64,000 nt of DNA from Candidatus Wolfebacteria bacterium RIFOXYB1_FULL_54_12 (GTDB lineage Bacteria; Patescibacteriota; Minisyncoccia; UBA6257; UBA9933). Positions 26,666 to 35,899 of this stretch are shown here, one piece after another. Location of the stretch: NCBI GenBank assembly GCA_001793895.1, contig MGIT01000001.1:106508-170507 (forward strand), in the 5' to 3' direction. Below the pieces are notes generated by a model. That model searched no databases, was not told where the DNA came from, and saw nothing but the letters and a program-made list of their open reading frames with translations. The translations under genes were made by a program, and so were the position numbers. Each line of letters begins with the position of its first letter. Position 1 is the stretch's first letter.

Positions 26666-27760
26666 TCAACGCATAACCCCACCTCCGATGACAACTCCAT
26701 CGGCATCGTAAAATACGGCAGATTGTCCCACGGCAACAAACCGTTGCGGTTCATCGAATTGCAACCGATAGGCCTCACCATCGGCGACCAATGTCGCCGC
26801 AAACAACGGCTGGCGATAGCGGATGCGCACCATGACCGGAATGGACTTCGGGGGGGCTATGGCGCACATGCCCATGAAATTAAGTTCAACAAGGCCAATA
26901 TCCGCACATGCCTGCTCAAGCAAATGATCATCATGCGAAACCGTGATGACATTGCTTGCGACATCTTTTTTGACCACAAAATACGCCGGTCCGCCCCCGA
27001 CATGCAATCCGTGCCGTTGCCCGATGGTATAAAACCACACACCCTCGTGCTCGCCCACCTTCACTCCGTCGACGGTAACAATGTCGCCCTTCCGTTTCGG
27101 CAGATACTGTTCCAAAAATTCACGCAACGATATCTTCCCCAAAAAACAAATACCTTGGGAATCTTTTTTCTGCGCCGTCGGAAGTCCCGCGGCCGCCGCA
27201 ATCTCCCTGATCTTCGGCTTTTCATAGGCACCGATCGGAAACAAACAATGCCGCAGTTGCTCCTGCGTAAGCGTCCACAAAAAATAACTCTGATCTTTAT
27301 TCCCATCAATCCCTTTCTGTAATGAGTAAGTAGTTTCCTGTTTTTTGTTATCGGTTATAGGTTGTAGGTTATAGGTTGCGCTTCGCGCATAATGCCCCGT
27401 CGCCACATAATCAGCCCCCAACGCAAGCGCCTTTTGCAAAAACACGCCAAACTTGATTTCCTTGTTGCACATCACATCCGGGTTCGGGGTAATGCCGTTG
27501 CGATACCCGTTGACCAAATATTCCACCACGAATTGTTTGTATTCTTCTTCAAGATCGATGACATAAAACGGGATGCCCAAATGTTCGGCAACGCGCCGCG
27601 CATCTTCCGCTTCGCGGTCTTGGCATCCGTCCATGTTATATCCTTTAATGAACGCGCCGATCACATCATAAGTCCCCTGCTCGCGCAACAAAAAAGCGGC
27701 GACACTCGAATCGACGCCGCCCGACATCATGACAAATACTTTTGGCTTTAAACCATTCAT
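26666..27760 (-). CDS. mnmA: tRNA-specific 2-thiouridylase MnmA, with an in-frame tandem-repeat insertion
   Basis: PP-loop SGGVDSS. ATGHYAR. KDQSYFLW. An inserted ATYNLQPITDNKKQ segment is encoded by the (GGTTAT)-type repeat at 27346-27379. Confidence 0.85.
   Translation of the reverse strand: MNGLKPKVFVMMSGGVDSSVAAFLLREQGTYDVIGAFIKGYNMDGCQDREAEDARRVAEHLGIPFYVIDLEEEYKQFVVEYLVNGYRNGITPNPDVMCNKEIKFGVFLQKALALGADYVATGHYARSATYNLQPITDNKKQETTYSLQKGIDGNKDQSYFLWTLTQEQLRHCLFPIGAYEKPKIREIAAAAGLPTAQKKDSQGICFLGKISLREFLEQYLPKRKGDIVTVDGVKVGEHEGVWFYTIGQRHGLHVGGGPAYFVVKKDVASNVITVSHDDHLLEQACADIGLVELNFMGMCAIAPPKSIPVMVRIRYRQPLFAATLVADGEAYRLQFDEPQRFVAVGQSAVFYDADGVVIGGGVMR
27346..27379. repeat. (GGTTAT/GGTTGT)n-type tandem repeat inside the mnmA coding sequence
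   Basis: Sequence ttgttatcggttataggttgtaggttataggttgcg. Confidence 0.8.
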
Positions 27761-27817
27761 ACTATCGGAAGCCTACCAAAAAAGACATAAAAGTAAACCC
27801 CCGCCGGTAAGGTGGGT

Positions 27818-28432
27818 TTATATGATGATGCTTGTCAGGCTTAATGCGGCAATAATGTATCCGGTCGATACAAGCGCGATTGCATACCCGATAAAAAACG
27901 GCAGGCCGAGCGCCGTATATGCTTCGCGCAAAAAAATGTCACGAATGAGGCTGATGACGACCACAGACAAAAACACGGCCGGCACGAACACCACAAAATG
28001 CGGCCACCCGACAACAAGTGCCAGCAACGCCCCAAGTTCCACTTCGCCTTCTTCAAAATAACGCGGATTATGCGCTCGCAACGCGCGCAGTACCGCAAAA
28101 AACAGCAAGGCCGCACCGATGGACACGATCGCGTTGAGCCAAAAATGGGTCCAACTGTAGTGCAACAGAACGGCAACGCTTTGATGTGGCGGCAGAAAAA
28201 ATCGCGTAAGTTCGGTTCGCATCCATGCATAATATTGCAATGCCGTTCGCACCCCCGCGAACAATAATCGAAAGACCGCGACGCCGAATGCAAATCGCAA
28301 GAATATGCGCCGTCTATCCGCCATTGGCCTGTAATACATAACGCATACCGCAATGGCAACCGCAAAAAGAGCGCCGGTGCGCACCCAATCGATCGAAGAA
28401 GAGAATAGAAACTGTAAAAATGATTCGCGCAT
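27818..28432 (-). CDS. Polytopic membrane protein, possibly a divergent A24 prepilin-peptidase-like protein
   Basis: 6-7 TM helices. EEGEVELGALLALVVGWP resembles the GGGDVKL...GW motif of prepilin peptidases with D-to-E changes. Weak. Confidence 0.3.
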   Translation of the reverse strand: MRESFLQFLFSSSIDWVRTGALFAVAIAVCVMYYRPMADRRRIFLRFAFGVAVFRLLFAGVRTALQYYAWMRTELTRFFLPPHQSVAVLLHYSWTHFWLNAIVSIGAALLFFAVLRALRAHNPRYFEEGEVELGALLALVVGWPHFVVFVPAVFLSVVVISLIRDIFLREAYTALGLPFFIGYAIALVSTGYIIAALSLTSIII

Positions 28433-28439
28433 GCGATCG

Positions 28440-29009
28440 TTACGCTTTTTCCACGCGCTCGGCGTACTCGCCAGTCTGCGTATTTACACGAATGATGTCG
28501 TTTTCGTTGATGAACATGGGTACATTCACCTTTGCGCCTGATTCAAGGACCACGACCTTAGTGCCGCCTTGTGCGGTATTGCCCTTGATGGCCGGAGGAG
28601 CTTCCGCAACCCGGTATTCCATTTTGACCGGCAACCGCACGGCGAATATCTTTTCGTTAAAAATAAGGGCGACCACTTCCATATCCGCCTTTAGAAAATC
28701 TTTTTGATCGCCGACAGTTTCTTCGGTCAAGCTGAACCGCTTGCCCGGATTTGCCGATTCGCAAAACCAAAACTCGCCTTTACTTGCATACAGATATTTC
28801 GATTTCAATTCTTCCACTTCGGCTTCTTCAAATTCGTCGGCCGGCTTAAAGTTGCGCGACAGCACCTGGCCGGTGCGCAGATTCTTCAATTTCGTCTGCA
28901 CGGAAGAACCTCCCCGTCCGACGTGCTGATGCGATATCTCGATCACGGTGAACGGATCTCCGTCCATAATGATAGAACTTCCTTTTTCCAAGTCGTTGAT
29001 GTCAAGCAT
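28440..29009 (-). CDS. efp: Elongation factor P
   Basis: 189 aa. KOW-like N-terminus and OB domains. Canonical EF-P sequence throughout (GKGGSSVQTKLKNLRTGQV). Confidence 0.9.
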   Translation of the reverse strand: MLDINDLEKGSSIIMDGDPFTVIEISHQHVGRGGSSVQTKLKNLRTGQVLSRNFKPADEFEEAEVEELKSKYLYASKGEFWFCESANPGKRFSLTEETVGDQKDFLKADMEVVALIFNEKIFAVRLPVKMEYRVAEAPPAIKGNTAQGGTKVVVLESGAKVNVPMFINENDIIRVNTQTGEYAERVEKA

Positions 29010-29019
29010 GTATTGTTTA

Positions 29020-29095
29020 TAATCTCTGTCATTCCCGCGGAGGCGGGAATCTATTTAATACTGGATTCCCGCCTCCGCGGGAATGACAACCTTTC
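29020..29095. repeat. Palindromic hairpin repeat pair, identical to 15468-15530
   Basis: Sequence gtcattcccgcggaggcgggaatctatttaatactggattcccgcctccgcgggaatgac. Confidence 0.85.
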
Positions 29096-29106
29096 TGATT
29101 CACTTA

Positions 29107-30858
29107 TTACAAATCCCCCTTCTCGCTCTTGTGTGGTTGCTTTGGTCGTTCTTCGGGGGTAGCTTCTTTTCTTTTTTGTAATGATTCTTCGATTGCCTTT
29201 TTCAGGTCATCAATATTGACCGCCTTTTTCTCGAACACATGTTTTGGCCTATCCTGCGGCATACTGCGAAGTCTATCGTCCATCGCTGGGCGATGCGGCA
29301 CAGGGCTGGCGCCACGATCTCCGCTAAATGGCCGCACGCTCGTCGGCCTATCGGTCAACGGCCCGTCCTGGGATGCCCGCGCAAACGACGGTCTGTCCTG
29401 CCTGCCCGCCGTAGTGTTAGCGGAGGAGGAATCCGCCGGCTGGCGGACGAAGGGTTTACGCTCGAAAGAAGGCTTCGGCGCTTGCGCACGAGGGGTTAGA
29501 GTCGAGCTCAACGACCGCTCGTCACGGCGCATAACCTTATCTGCCATGGATGTCTTACCCGACCCCATATATTCCTTGGCGATCATTTCATCCACCAACG
29601 CCTTAGGCATGGAATAATTTCTGCGGGAGTTTTCAATAATGACATCCTCGTAATTCGGCTGCGGGATTGGATACGGCGGCAAGGTCTCTGCCGAAAATGG
29701 TCTCGATGCCTGGCCGTCAACCAACAATTTAAGGTAAATATGCCGGTTTGACAAGCCGATCATATCTTGCGGCGTAAACTCGGGTTCGAATTCCTTTTCA
29801 AAAAATACGGCGTCGATGGCGCCAACGCGAAACATAGCCAAGGTGCCAATGTTGCCGACGATTGCCTCTGCAAGCCCTTCTTCTTTTTTAAGCTGATCGA
29901 CATACTGGTGGGCCAGCGTCAAGCCAAGTCCGTATTTGCGCGCCTCGGCGAAGATCTTCGTAAATGAACCGGTAGAAAAGTTTTGAAACTCGTCGATGTA
30001 CAAAAAGAACGGCCTGCGTTCGCTCTCGGGAATATCGATGCGGCTCATGGCGGCAAGCTGGATTTTGGTAATGATCATGGCGCCGAGCAATGCGGAATTG
30101 TCTTCGCCGAGACGGCCCTGCGAAAGATTGCAGATCAATATCTTGCCTTCATCCATTGCCTTGCGCATGTCGATGGTCGACTTCGGCTGGCCGATGATGT
30201 TACGGATGACCGGATTGGAACTGAACTGCCCTACCTTGTTCTGCAACGGTGCAATGGCCTCGGTCATGAACTTGTCGGTATATTTTGCAAATTCGTTTTC
30301 CCAGAACGACTTAATGACCGGGTCCTTTAAATTGGAAACGACCTTCAGGCGGTACTCTTTCTCCGCAAGCATGCGCATAATACTCAGTAAGGTCGTTCCC
30401 GGATATTCCAAAAGCGCCAACAGGGTATTGTTCAAAATATATTCCATGCGCGCAGACCATGCGTCCACCCAGATTTTTTGAAACACACCCATCACCGCCG
30501 ACGCGACAAGGTGCGCATGTTCGTCACCGACGCGTTCAAGCGGATTAAATCCGACCGGATTTTCGATATCGGCCGGATTGACATAAATGACATCCTTGAT
30601 GCGGTCTTCTGGCACATGCTTAAGCAACTCTTCGACGAATTCGCCATGCGGGTCGAGCACGGCAACACCAAATCCGTTCTTGATGTCGTTGATCATCAAG
30701 TTTTTCATCATGGTGGTCTTACCCGTGCCGCTCTTCCCGACGATGTACATATGCCGCAGGCGGTCGTTCATTTTGATGCCAAAATTAACGCTTTGATTGC
30801 GAAAATTCGTCTTTGCAAAAATTGAAATTTCTTTGTTGCTCATAGGGCTATTTGTCAT
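29107..30858 (-). CDS. P-loop ATPase of the TraD/VirD4/HerA (type IV coupling protein-like / DUF87) type, with a long disordered C-terminal tail
   Basis: Walker A (IVGKSGTGKTT) followed by VLDPHGE. Walker B (FFLYIDEFQNF). GLTLAHQ. The last 190 aa are low-complexity P/S/R/D-rich. Confidence 0.5.
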   Translation of the reverse strand: MTNSPMSNKEISIFAKTNFRNQSVNFGIKMNDRLRHMYIVGKSGTGKTTMMKNLMINDIKNGFGVAVLDPHGEFVEELLKHVPEDRIKDVIYVNPADIENPVGFNPLERVGDEHAHLVASAVMGVFQKIWVDAWSARMEYILNNTLLALLEYPGTTLLSIMRMLAEKEYRLKVVSNLKDPVIKSFWENEFAKYTDKFMTEAIAPLQNKVGQFSSNPVIRNIIGQPKSTIDMRKAMDEGKILICNLSQGRLGEDNSALLGAMIITKIQLAAMSRIDIPESERRPFFLYIDEFQNFSTGSFTKIFAEARKYGLGLTLAHQYVDQLKKEEGLAEAIVGNIGTLAMFRVGAIDAVFFEKEFEPEFTPQDMIGLSNRHIYLKLLVDGQASRPFSAETLPPYPIPQPNYEDVIIENSRRNYSMPKALVDEMIAKEYMGSGKTSMADKVMRRDERSLSSTLTPRAQAPKPSFERKPFVRQPADSSSANTTAGRQDRPSFARASQDGPLTDRPTSVRPFSGDRGASPVPHRPAMDDRLRSMPQDRPKHVFEKKAVNIDDLKKAIEESLQKRKEATPEERPKQPHKSEKGDL

Positions 30859-30970
30859 TCCGAATTTATTTCGGAATCTCGTGGTAAAATGCCAAGATCC
30901 TGTATCCGTCAGCCGACGAACGGAAGGATCTGTTTTGCATTGTCATACCGGCGGGTGAGGGCCTGTCCTC
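30850..30970. repeat. Palindromic hairpin repeats
   Basis: Sequence tgtcattccgaatttatttcggaatc ... gatcctgtatccgtcagccgacgaacggaaggatc ... attgtcataccggcgggtgagggc. Confidence 0.7.
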
Positions 30971-31029
30971 GACCTGATCGGGGACCTGTCAATTTCGTGC
31001 GATACGCACACCATAATAATGCATTCTAA

Positions 31030-31117
31030 TTCCGTTATCCGTTATCGGTCATCCGTTTTCGTTTTCGGTTATAGGTTATTAGTTGTAGGTTTTAGGTTAT
31101 TGGTTATCAGTCATTGG
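31030..31117. repeat. Tandem (CCGTTAT)/(GGTTAT)n repeat array abutting the stop codon of 31118..32461
   Basis: Sequence ccgttatccgttatcggtcatccgttttcgttttcggttataggttattagttgtaggttttaggttattggttatcagtcattggttattc. Confidence 0.8.
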
Positions 31118-32461
31118 TTATTCTATCGGCAAATTCTCCGGAGGCTCGCCTTTCTTTGCCTCGATACGGCGCATACTCGGCGCGGTAACCAACGATGACG
31201 GAACATGGTAAAGCGTAGCCAACTCTTCTATGGAAAAGACGGGAGCCTTCTTTATCATGATCCGCTGGCGGTATGCAAAGAACATTGCCCTCTTTTTCAA
31301 AAATTCCTGATGCTTTTTCCACGCCGGAAACAGCCATGCCTTGAAACCTTTCGGCGGGTTTACCGACGTATCCCTGTTTGGCTTGAACGAATTGATATGC
31401 TGGGAACCGAATTGCTTGAATGAGCCGATGATCCCCCCTATATAGGACTTATGAAACGTTTCCTGCCGATCGATAAACACTGCACGCACGCTCACTTCAT
31501 AGCACAGTTTGGATATTTTTCCTTCAATGCCTTCAAGTACTTCCTTTTCAGAAAAGCTCAAAGACGCAATCGTCTTGGGTGGAGCGTCGGATTTTTTCGG
31601 CGGCTCGGGCCATTCCGGAGTGCTTATGAATACAAGAAAAAAATTCTTGATCCACATGACAAGATGATCAAATATGCTCAATTTAGGAGCGACCTTCACC
31701 TCACGGCCTAACATTTTATCGACGATCGCCTGTCCCTTCTTTTTGTAGTCGCTCGTTTTTTCGCCGGTCGGCTTGGATATATATTGCACGAAGATCATTT
31801 CATTCTCGCGGAGCTTCGACATGGTTTCCAAAATGACCGTAAGCGGATCAAGTCGTTGCTCTTCCTCTTTCTCTTCAAAATAGGCGTATGTCTTAATCGG
31901 ATATGCGCTGTCTTTGTCGAGAACCATATCGACGCCCCATACATCATAAACATCGTTGGGCAACATCATCGGCAAGAAGCTGAGATAGTCTTCGACAAGG
32001 GCTATTTCCGCGGCGGGATATTGCGCAAACAATGCGGACTCCACCAAATTGCGGTGCTCGGCAGGTACGCGCACATAAAAATATACACCGCCGCTTCGCC
32101 CGACCATTTCAAACGAAAGGGCGTTTTGAACCTTCCCTTTGATATTTTCATCCCACCATTTGATCTCGCCGGCATAGGTGCCATGTACCGTGGCAAACAC
32201 CTGTTCCATGGATTTCGGACTGCGCAAATTTTCCTTGGGGATGCGCAATTCAAGCACGACCCACTTTTGCGCCTTCTTTGCCGCTTTTTTGTTCGAGTCG
32301 ATGTACAGGTCCCAAAGATAGAACGCCAAAACAACCGGAACGACGGCCCACCATACGTACGAAAAGACCTCGCCAATGCTTTGCGCAATGCCAAGGATGA
32401 TATTCTGCACGACCGGTGTGATCGAAAAATAGTCCAGTAGAAAGTCTGAAATGTTTGCCAT
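31118..32461 (-). CDS. Hypothetical membrane protein (N-terminal TM pair plus a large soluble domain), co-directional and adjacent to the TraD/VirD4-like ATPase
   Basis: 447 aa. TM region VVQNIILGIAQSIGEVFSYVWWAVVPVVLAFYLW. No recognisable motifs. Confidence 0.4.
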   Translation of the reverse strand: MANISDFLLDYFSITPVVQNIILGIAQSIGEVFSYVWWAVVPVVLAFYLWDLYIDSNKKAAKKAQKWVVLELRIPKENLRSPKSMEQVFATVHGTYAGEIKWWDENIKGKVQNALSFEMVGRSGGVYFYVRVPAEHRNLVESALFAQYPAAEIALVEDYLSFLPMMLPNDVYDVWGVDMVLDKDSAYPIKTYAYFEEKEEEQRLDPLTVILETMSKLRENEMIFVQYISKPTGEKTSDYKKKGQAIVDKMLGREVKVAPKLSIFDHLVMWIKNFFLVFISTPEWPEPPKKSDAPPKTIASLSFSEKEVLEGIEGKISKLCYEVSVRAVFIDRQETFHKSYIGGIIGSFKQFGSQHINSFKPNRDTSVNPPKGFKAWLFPAWKKHQEFLKKRAMFFAYRQRIMIKKAPVFSIEELATLYHVPSSLVTAPSMRRIEAKKGEPPENLPIE

Positions 32462-32519
32462 GTATCTCTTTTAGTATATCGCAAAATGGTCCAACAAAAA
32501 AGAGACACTCGTCTCTTTT

Positions 32520-32578
32520 TTGCATTCCGTTATCCGTTATCCGTTTTCGGTTATTGGTTATTGGTTATCCGTTATTTA
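32520..32578. repeat. Tandem (CCGTTAT)/(GGTTAT)n repeat array abutting the stop codon of 32576..33619
   Basis: Sequence ccgttatccgttatccgttttcggttattggttattggttatccgttatttacg. Confidence 0.8.
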
Positions 32579-33619
32579 CGCAACATGATATGTTCCGTTG
32601 TCCAATCGTTTGAAATATTTTTTGTTCTGCAAGTTAAGCAGAATGGTGTTTTCCTTCAAGAATCGCTGAGAGGAAACCAACTGCACGACCTCATGCTGGG
32701 CAAGCGGGCCATTGTCAACAAGCACCTGCTTGATGACGTCCTTTGCCGTACCCGGGAAAAATCCATGCTCGGTCAAACCATACATACCGCGACCTACAAG
32801 GACAAATCGTCCATCCTTGATCAATTCATTATGGATCGTCTGTGCATACACCGGCTTTTTATCGAACCCGACCGAATTGATCGTAGTGGCGATATCGCGG
32901 AAGTGCATCGGCTTGCCATGCTTGCGCAAGATAAGATATGCCTTTGCGCGCGCGGTCTTCGGCGTGATCTCTTCCCAATGGGAAAGACCAAAGTCGGAAT
33001 ACGGATTCACGGAAAACTGTTTCGAGATGCCGAGGTAGTTCATGCCGACGGCGCGGTCGACGTTCGAAGCGGTCGCAACCTGCTTGAAGTGCGGATCGAA
33101 TTGACCCTTGAAGACTATTTCTTCTTTCTTGCCGCCAAAGAACTTGACCGCCTTTTCAATGAAAGTCTCTGCCTTTTTGACGACAGCCTTGTCCGAAGCC
33201 CAAAACCCATAGGAATGATCGCTTTCAGCATGGTACATCGGCTCGCCGGCAATGCGGAAAAGGAAGCGGAACTGATACTTGTTCACGGTCGCATCTTTCA
33301 ACACCGTGCGCATGTCTTCGACAAAATCATCTTCCTTGCGAACGCCGCCCAAGGCAACGAGTTGCTCCTTGGCGATTTGCACCAGGCGATCGCCGCCTGC
33401 ATCGCTAAAACGTTCCCGCGCCAAACGAAGCCCTTCTGCCTCTATCTGGCGCACGCGCTCACGGGTAATGCCGTTGCGTTCGCCGAGTTCCTGCAGGGTC
33501 TTTTCCTGTCCATCGCGAAGTCCAAAACGTTCCTCGACTATTTCTCGCTGTCGAGCGGACAATGCGTGCGTTACCTGTTCGATGATATTGCCTGTGTTCT
33601 TCATAAGAGTTGAATCCAA
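32576..33619 (-). CDS. Sigma-70 region-4-like HTH domain protein fused to a C-terminal domain of unknown function
   Basis: The N-terminus LSARQREIVEERFGL...KTLQELGERNGITRERVRQIEAEGLRLAR is a region-4 HTH. The remaining about 270 aa are unassigned (possible winged-helix/HARE-HTH-like end). Confidence 0.45.
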   Translation of the reverse strand: MDSTLMKNTGNIIEQVTHALSARQREIVEERFGLRDGQEKTLQELGERNGITRERVRQIEAEGLRLARERFSDAGGDRLVQIAKEQLVALGGVRKEDDFVEDMRTVLKDATVNKYQFRFLFRIAGEPMYHAESDHSYGFWASDKAVVKKAETFIEKAVKFFGGKKEEIVFKGQFDPHFKQVATASNVDRAVGMNYLGISKQFSVNPYSDFGLSHWEEITPKTARAKAYLILRKHGKPMHFRDIATTINSVGFDKKPVYAQTIHNELIKDGRFVLVGRGMYGLTEHGFFPGTAKDVIKQVLVDNGPLAQHEVVQLVSSQRFLKENTILLNLQNKKYFKRLDNGTYHVA

Positions 33620-33634
33620 TCTACCGATTAGTGA

Positions 33635-34534
33635 TTAAACTTTACTTAATTTACGGGATAATGTCAAGAGGGGGCTCGCCACGAAGATCGAGGAGTAAGT
33701 TCCCATGGCAATGCCGATCAATAGGGTCAAAACAAAGTACTGCAAGGTAGCGGGCCCGTAAAAATACATAGCCACCAAAACAATCAAAACGGTCAATGAC
33801 GTGTTAATGGAACGGGCGATCGTTTGGTTGACGCTCTTATTTACGACGTCGGAAAACGAAGTATTCCCGCTGTGGTTAAGCACGTTTTCACGGATCCGAT
33901 CAAACACCACAATGGTGTCGTGAACGGAAAAGCCCATGACCACAAGCAACGCGACGATGAAATTCGTGTCGATCTCGACGCCAAACTTCCAACCCAAAAA
34001 GGCAAAGAAGCCTGCGGGTACGATCACGTCATGCAACAAGGTGATCAGCGTGATGATGCCGTACTTCCATGATTTCACCGGATAGGAAACCTTACGGAAC
34101 GCATAGGTCACGTACAGTGAGATGCCCAAAACGACATACAGCATTGCCCACAATGCCTTGTTGCGCAATTCCTGCCCCACGGTCGCACCGATGGACTGAA
34201 ACTGTCCTTCTTCGATGATTCCAAAGCGGGTGCGCATATCCTGCAAGTGCTGTTGATGTACGACCTCGGAAATGGCCGGCATGCGGATCAAATAGCTTCC
34301 ATCTTCGACGGGAAACATGGTGAAATTTTTATCTTCGAGCGTGGTGCCCAAAAAATCTTTCAGTGCGGTTTCGTTCATGACGACCTCGCCGGAAACCTGC
34401 CTTACCTGCCACATCGTTCCCCCGCGGAAATCAATGCCGGTCTTCAGACCGAATATGGCGAGCGCGGCGATGCTCACGATAATCAAGATCGTCGAGAAGC
34501 CGAGAAACCATGCTTTGTGTTTTATGATATTCAT
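33635..34534 (-). CDS. secF: Protein translocase subunit SecF
   Basis: GIDFRGGT motif. 6 TM. 299 aa. Confidence 0.85.
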   Translation of the reverse strand: MNIIKHKAWFLGFSTILIIVSIAALAIFGLKTGIDFRGGTMWQVRQVSGEVVMNETALKDFLGTTLEDKNFTMFPVEDGSYLIRMPAISEVVHQQHLQDMRTRFGIIEEGQFQSIGATVGQELRNKALWAMLYVVLGISLYVTYAFRKVSYPVKSWKYGIITLITLLHDVIVPAGFFAFLGWKFGVEIDTNFIVALLVVMGFSVHDTIVVFDRIRENVLNHSGNTSFSDVVNKSVNQTIARSINTSLTVLIVLVAMYFYGPATLQYFVLTLLIGIAMGTYSSIFVASPLLTLSRKLSKV

Positions 34535-34555
34535 AGACCGATTAAATGATGACGA

Positions 34556-35800
34556 TTAGTGCTTCTTTGTTTTTAGCGAAAACACATGCATGAGCAACCG
34601 GGTCACGGTAATGGCCGAGAACATGCTGACCAATACGCCGATGCCGAGTGTCAACGCAAATCCTTTCACAAAGCTGGATGTGGTAAAGAACAGAATCAAG
34701 CAGGTAATGCCCGTTGAAACGTTCGAATCGCGAATGGAAGACCACGCACGACGAAACCCTTCTTCAACCGCGGCCGATTTGGAAAGCCCGCGCTTCAGCT
34801 CTTCTTTGGTGCGCTCGAAAATAAGGATGTTCGCGTCCACGGCCATGCCGATGGAAAGTATGTAGCCCGCAATACCCGCAAGGGTCATGGTAATGCCCAA
34901 TTTGAAGATCGCGGCGGACAGTGCGATGTAAATGACCAATGCAACGGACGAATAGAGACCAAACCCGCGATAGTACGCGAGCATAAACAATATGATGGCG
35001 ATGGTGCCAAGATACCCGGCCTTGATCGCGTTCTTCAGCGATTCCTGGCCAAGGCTTGCGCCGACGGTCTGCTGGCTGATGAGCGACATCGGAGCGGACA
35101 ATGCGCCCGCGTTAAAACGCTCCACCATTTTGCGCGCTTCATCGGAAGTGAATTTGCCCGTGATCTGTGCGGTTCCGCCGGAGATCTTTTCCCGTACGGT
35201 CGGCACTTCGATAGGCTCTCCATCCAAAAAGATCGCAATCGGTTTGCCGATGTTGCGGGCGGTCAATTCTTCAAACAACGCGGCGCCTTCGTCATTGAAT
35301 TCAAGGCTTACGCTCGGCGTGCCAAGCGTTTGATCGAACGTCATCTGCGCATTTTTCAAATAACGGCCGGTGAGGCTGGTCGGCAAAAATGCGGTCGATG
35401 TGCCGACCTCATACACCTCACGAAAATCAAGCATCGGAGTTTCGCCGATCTGCTTGATGGCCTCCTCTACGGGAATGCCCGCGAGCTCCACGATCAATCG
35501 ATGCGACTCGCCTTCTTTCGCGGTAACGACCTGCGGCTCGCTGACGCCGAACATATTCACGCGACGTTCGATGACATCCTTGAGTCCGTTCATGACGGAA
35601 TCGCGATCTTTTACTTCGACGCTGGACATGTCGACCTCGTATACCAAATGGGAACCACCTACCAGATCAAGCCCCAGCCTCCATGGAGCGATCCTTGAAC
35701 CAAAATCAAACGGTTTTTTCGATATTGGGAGAACAAACACTGCGGCCAACACGGCCACAACGGCAATACCGGTTAAGATAAGTTTTGCGTATGTTTTCAC
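34556..35800 (-). CDS. secD: Protein translocase subunit SecD
   Basis: LGLDLVGGSHL. 6 TM in the C-terminal half. Adjacent to secF. Confidence 0.85.
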   Translation of the reverse strand: MKTYAKLILTGIAVVAVLAAVFVLPISKKPFDFGSRIAPWRLGLDLVGGSHLVYEVDMSSVEVKDRDSVMNGLKDVIERRVNMFGVSEPQVVTAKEGESHRLIVELAGIPVEEAIKQIGETPMLDFREVYEVGTSTAFLPTSLTGRYLKNAQMTFDQTLGTPSVSLEFNDEGAALFEELTARNIGKPIAIFLDGEPIEVPTVREKISGGTAQITGKFTSDEARKMVERFNAGALSAPMSLISQQTVGASLGQESLKNAIKAGYLGTIAIILFMLAYYRGFGLYSSVALVIYIALSAAIFKLGITMTLAGIAGYILSIGMAVDANILIFERTKEELKRGLSKSAAVEEGFRRAWSSIRDSNVSTGITCLILFFTTSSFVKGFALTLGIGVLVSMFSAITVTRLLMHVFSLKTKKH

Positions 35801-35899
35801 GATGAAAAGAATATATCACAAAAAATAAAAGGGTGCAAGAAACGGCGCAAAAAAAGAGGGGCCGAAGCCCCTCCATATGGTTTTACCGGTAGACCGGTG

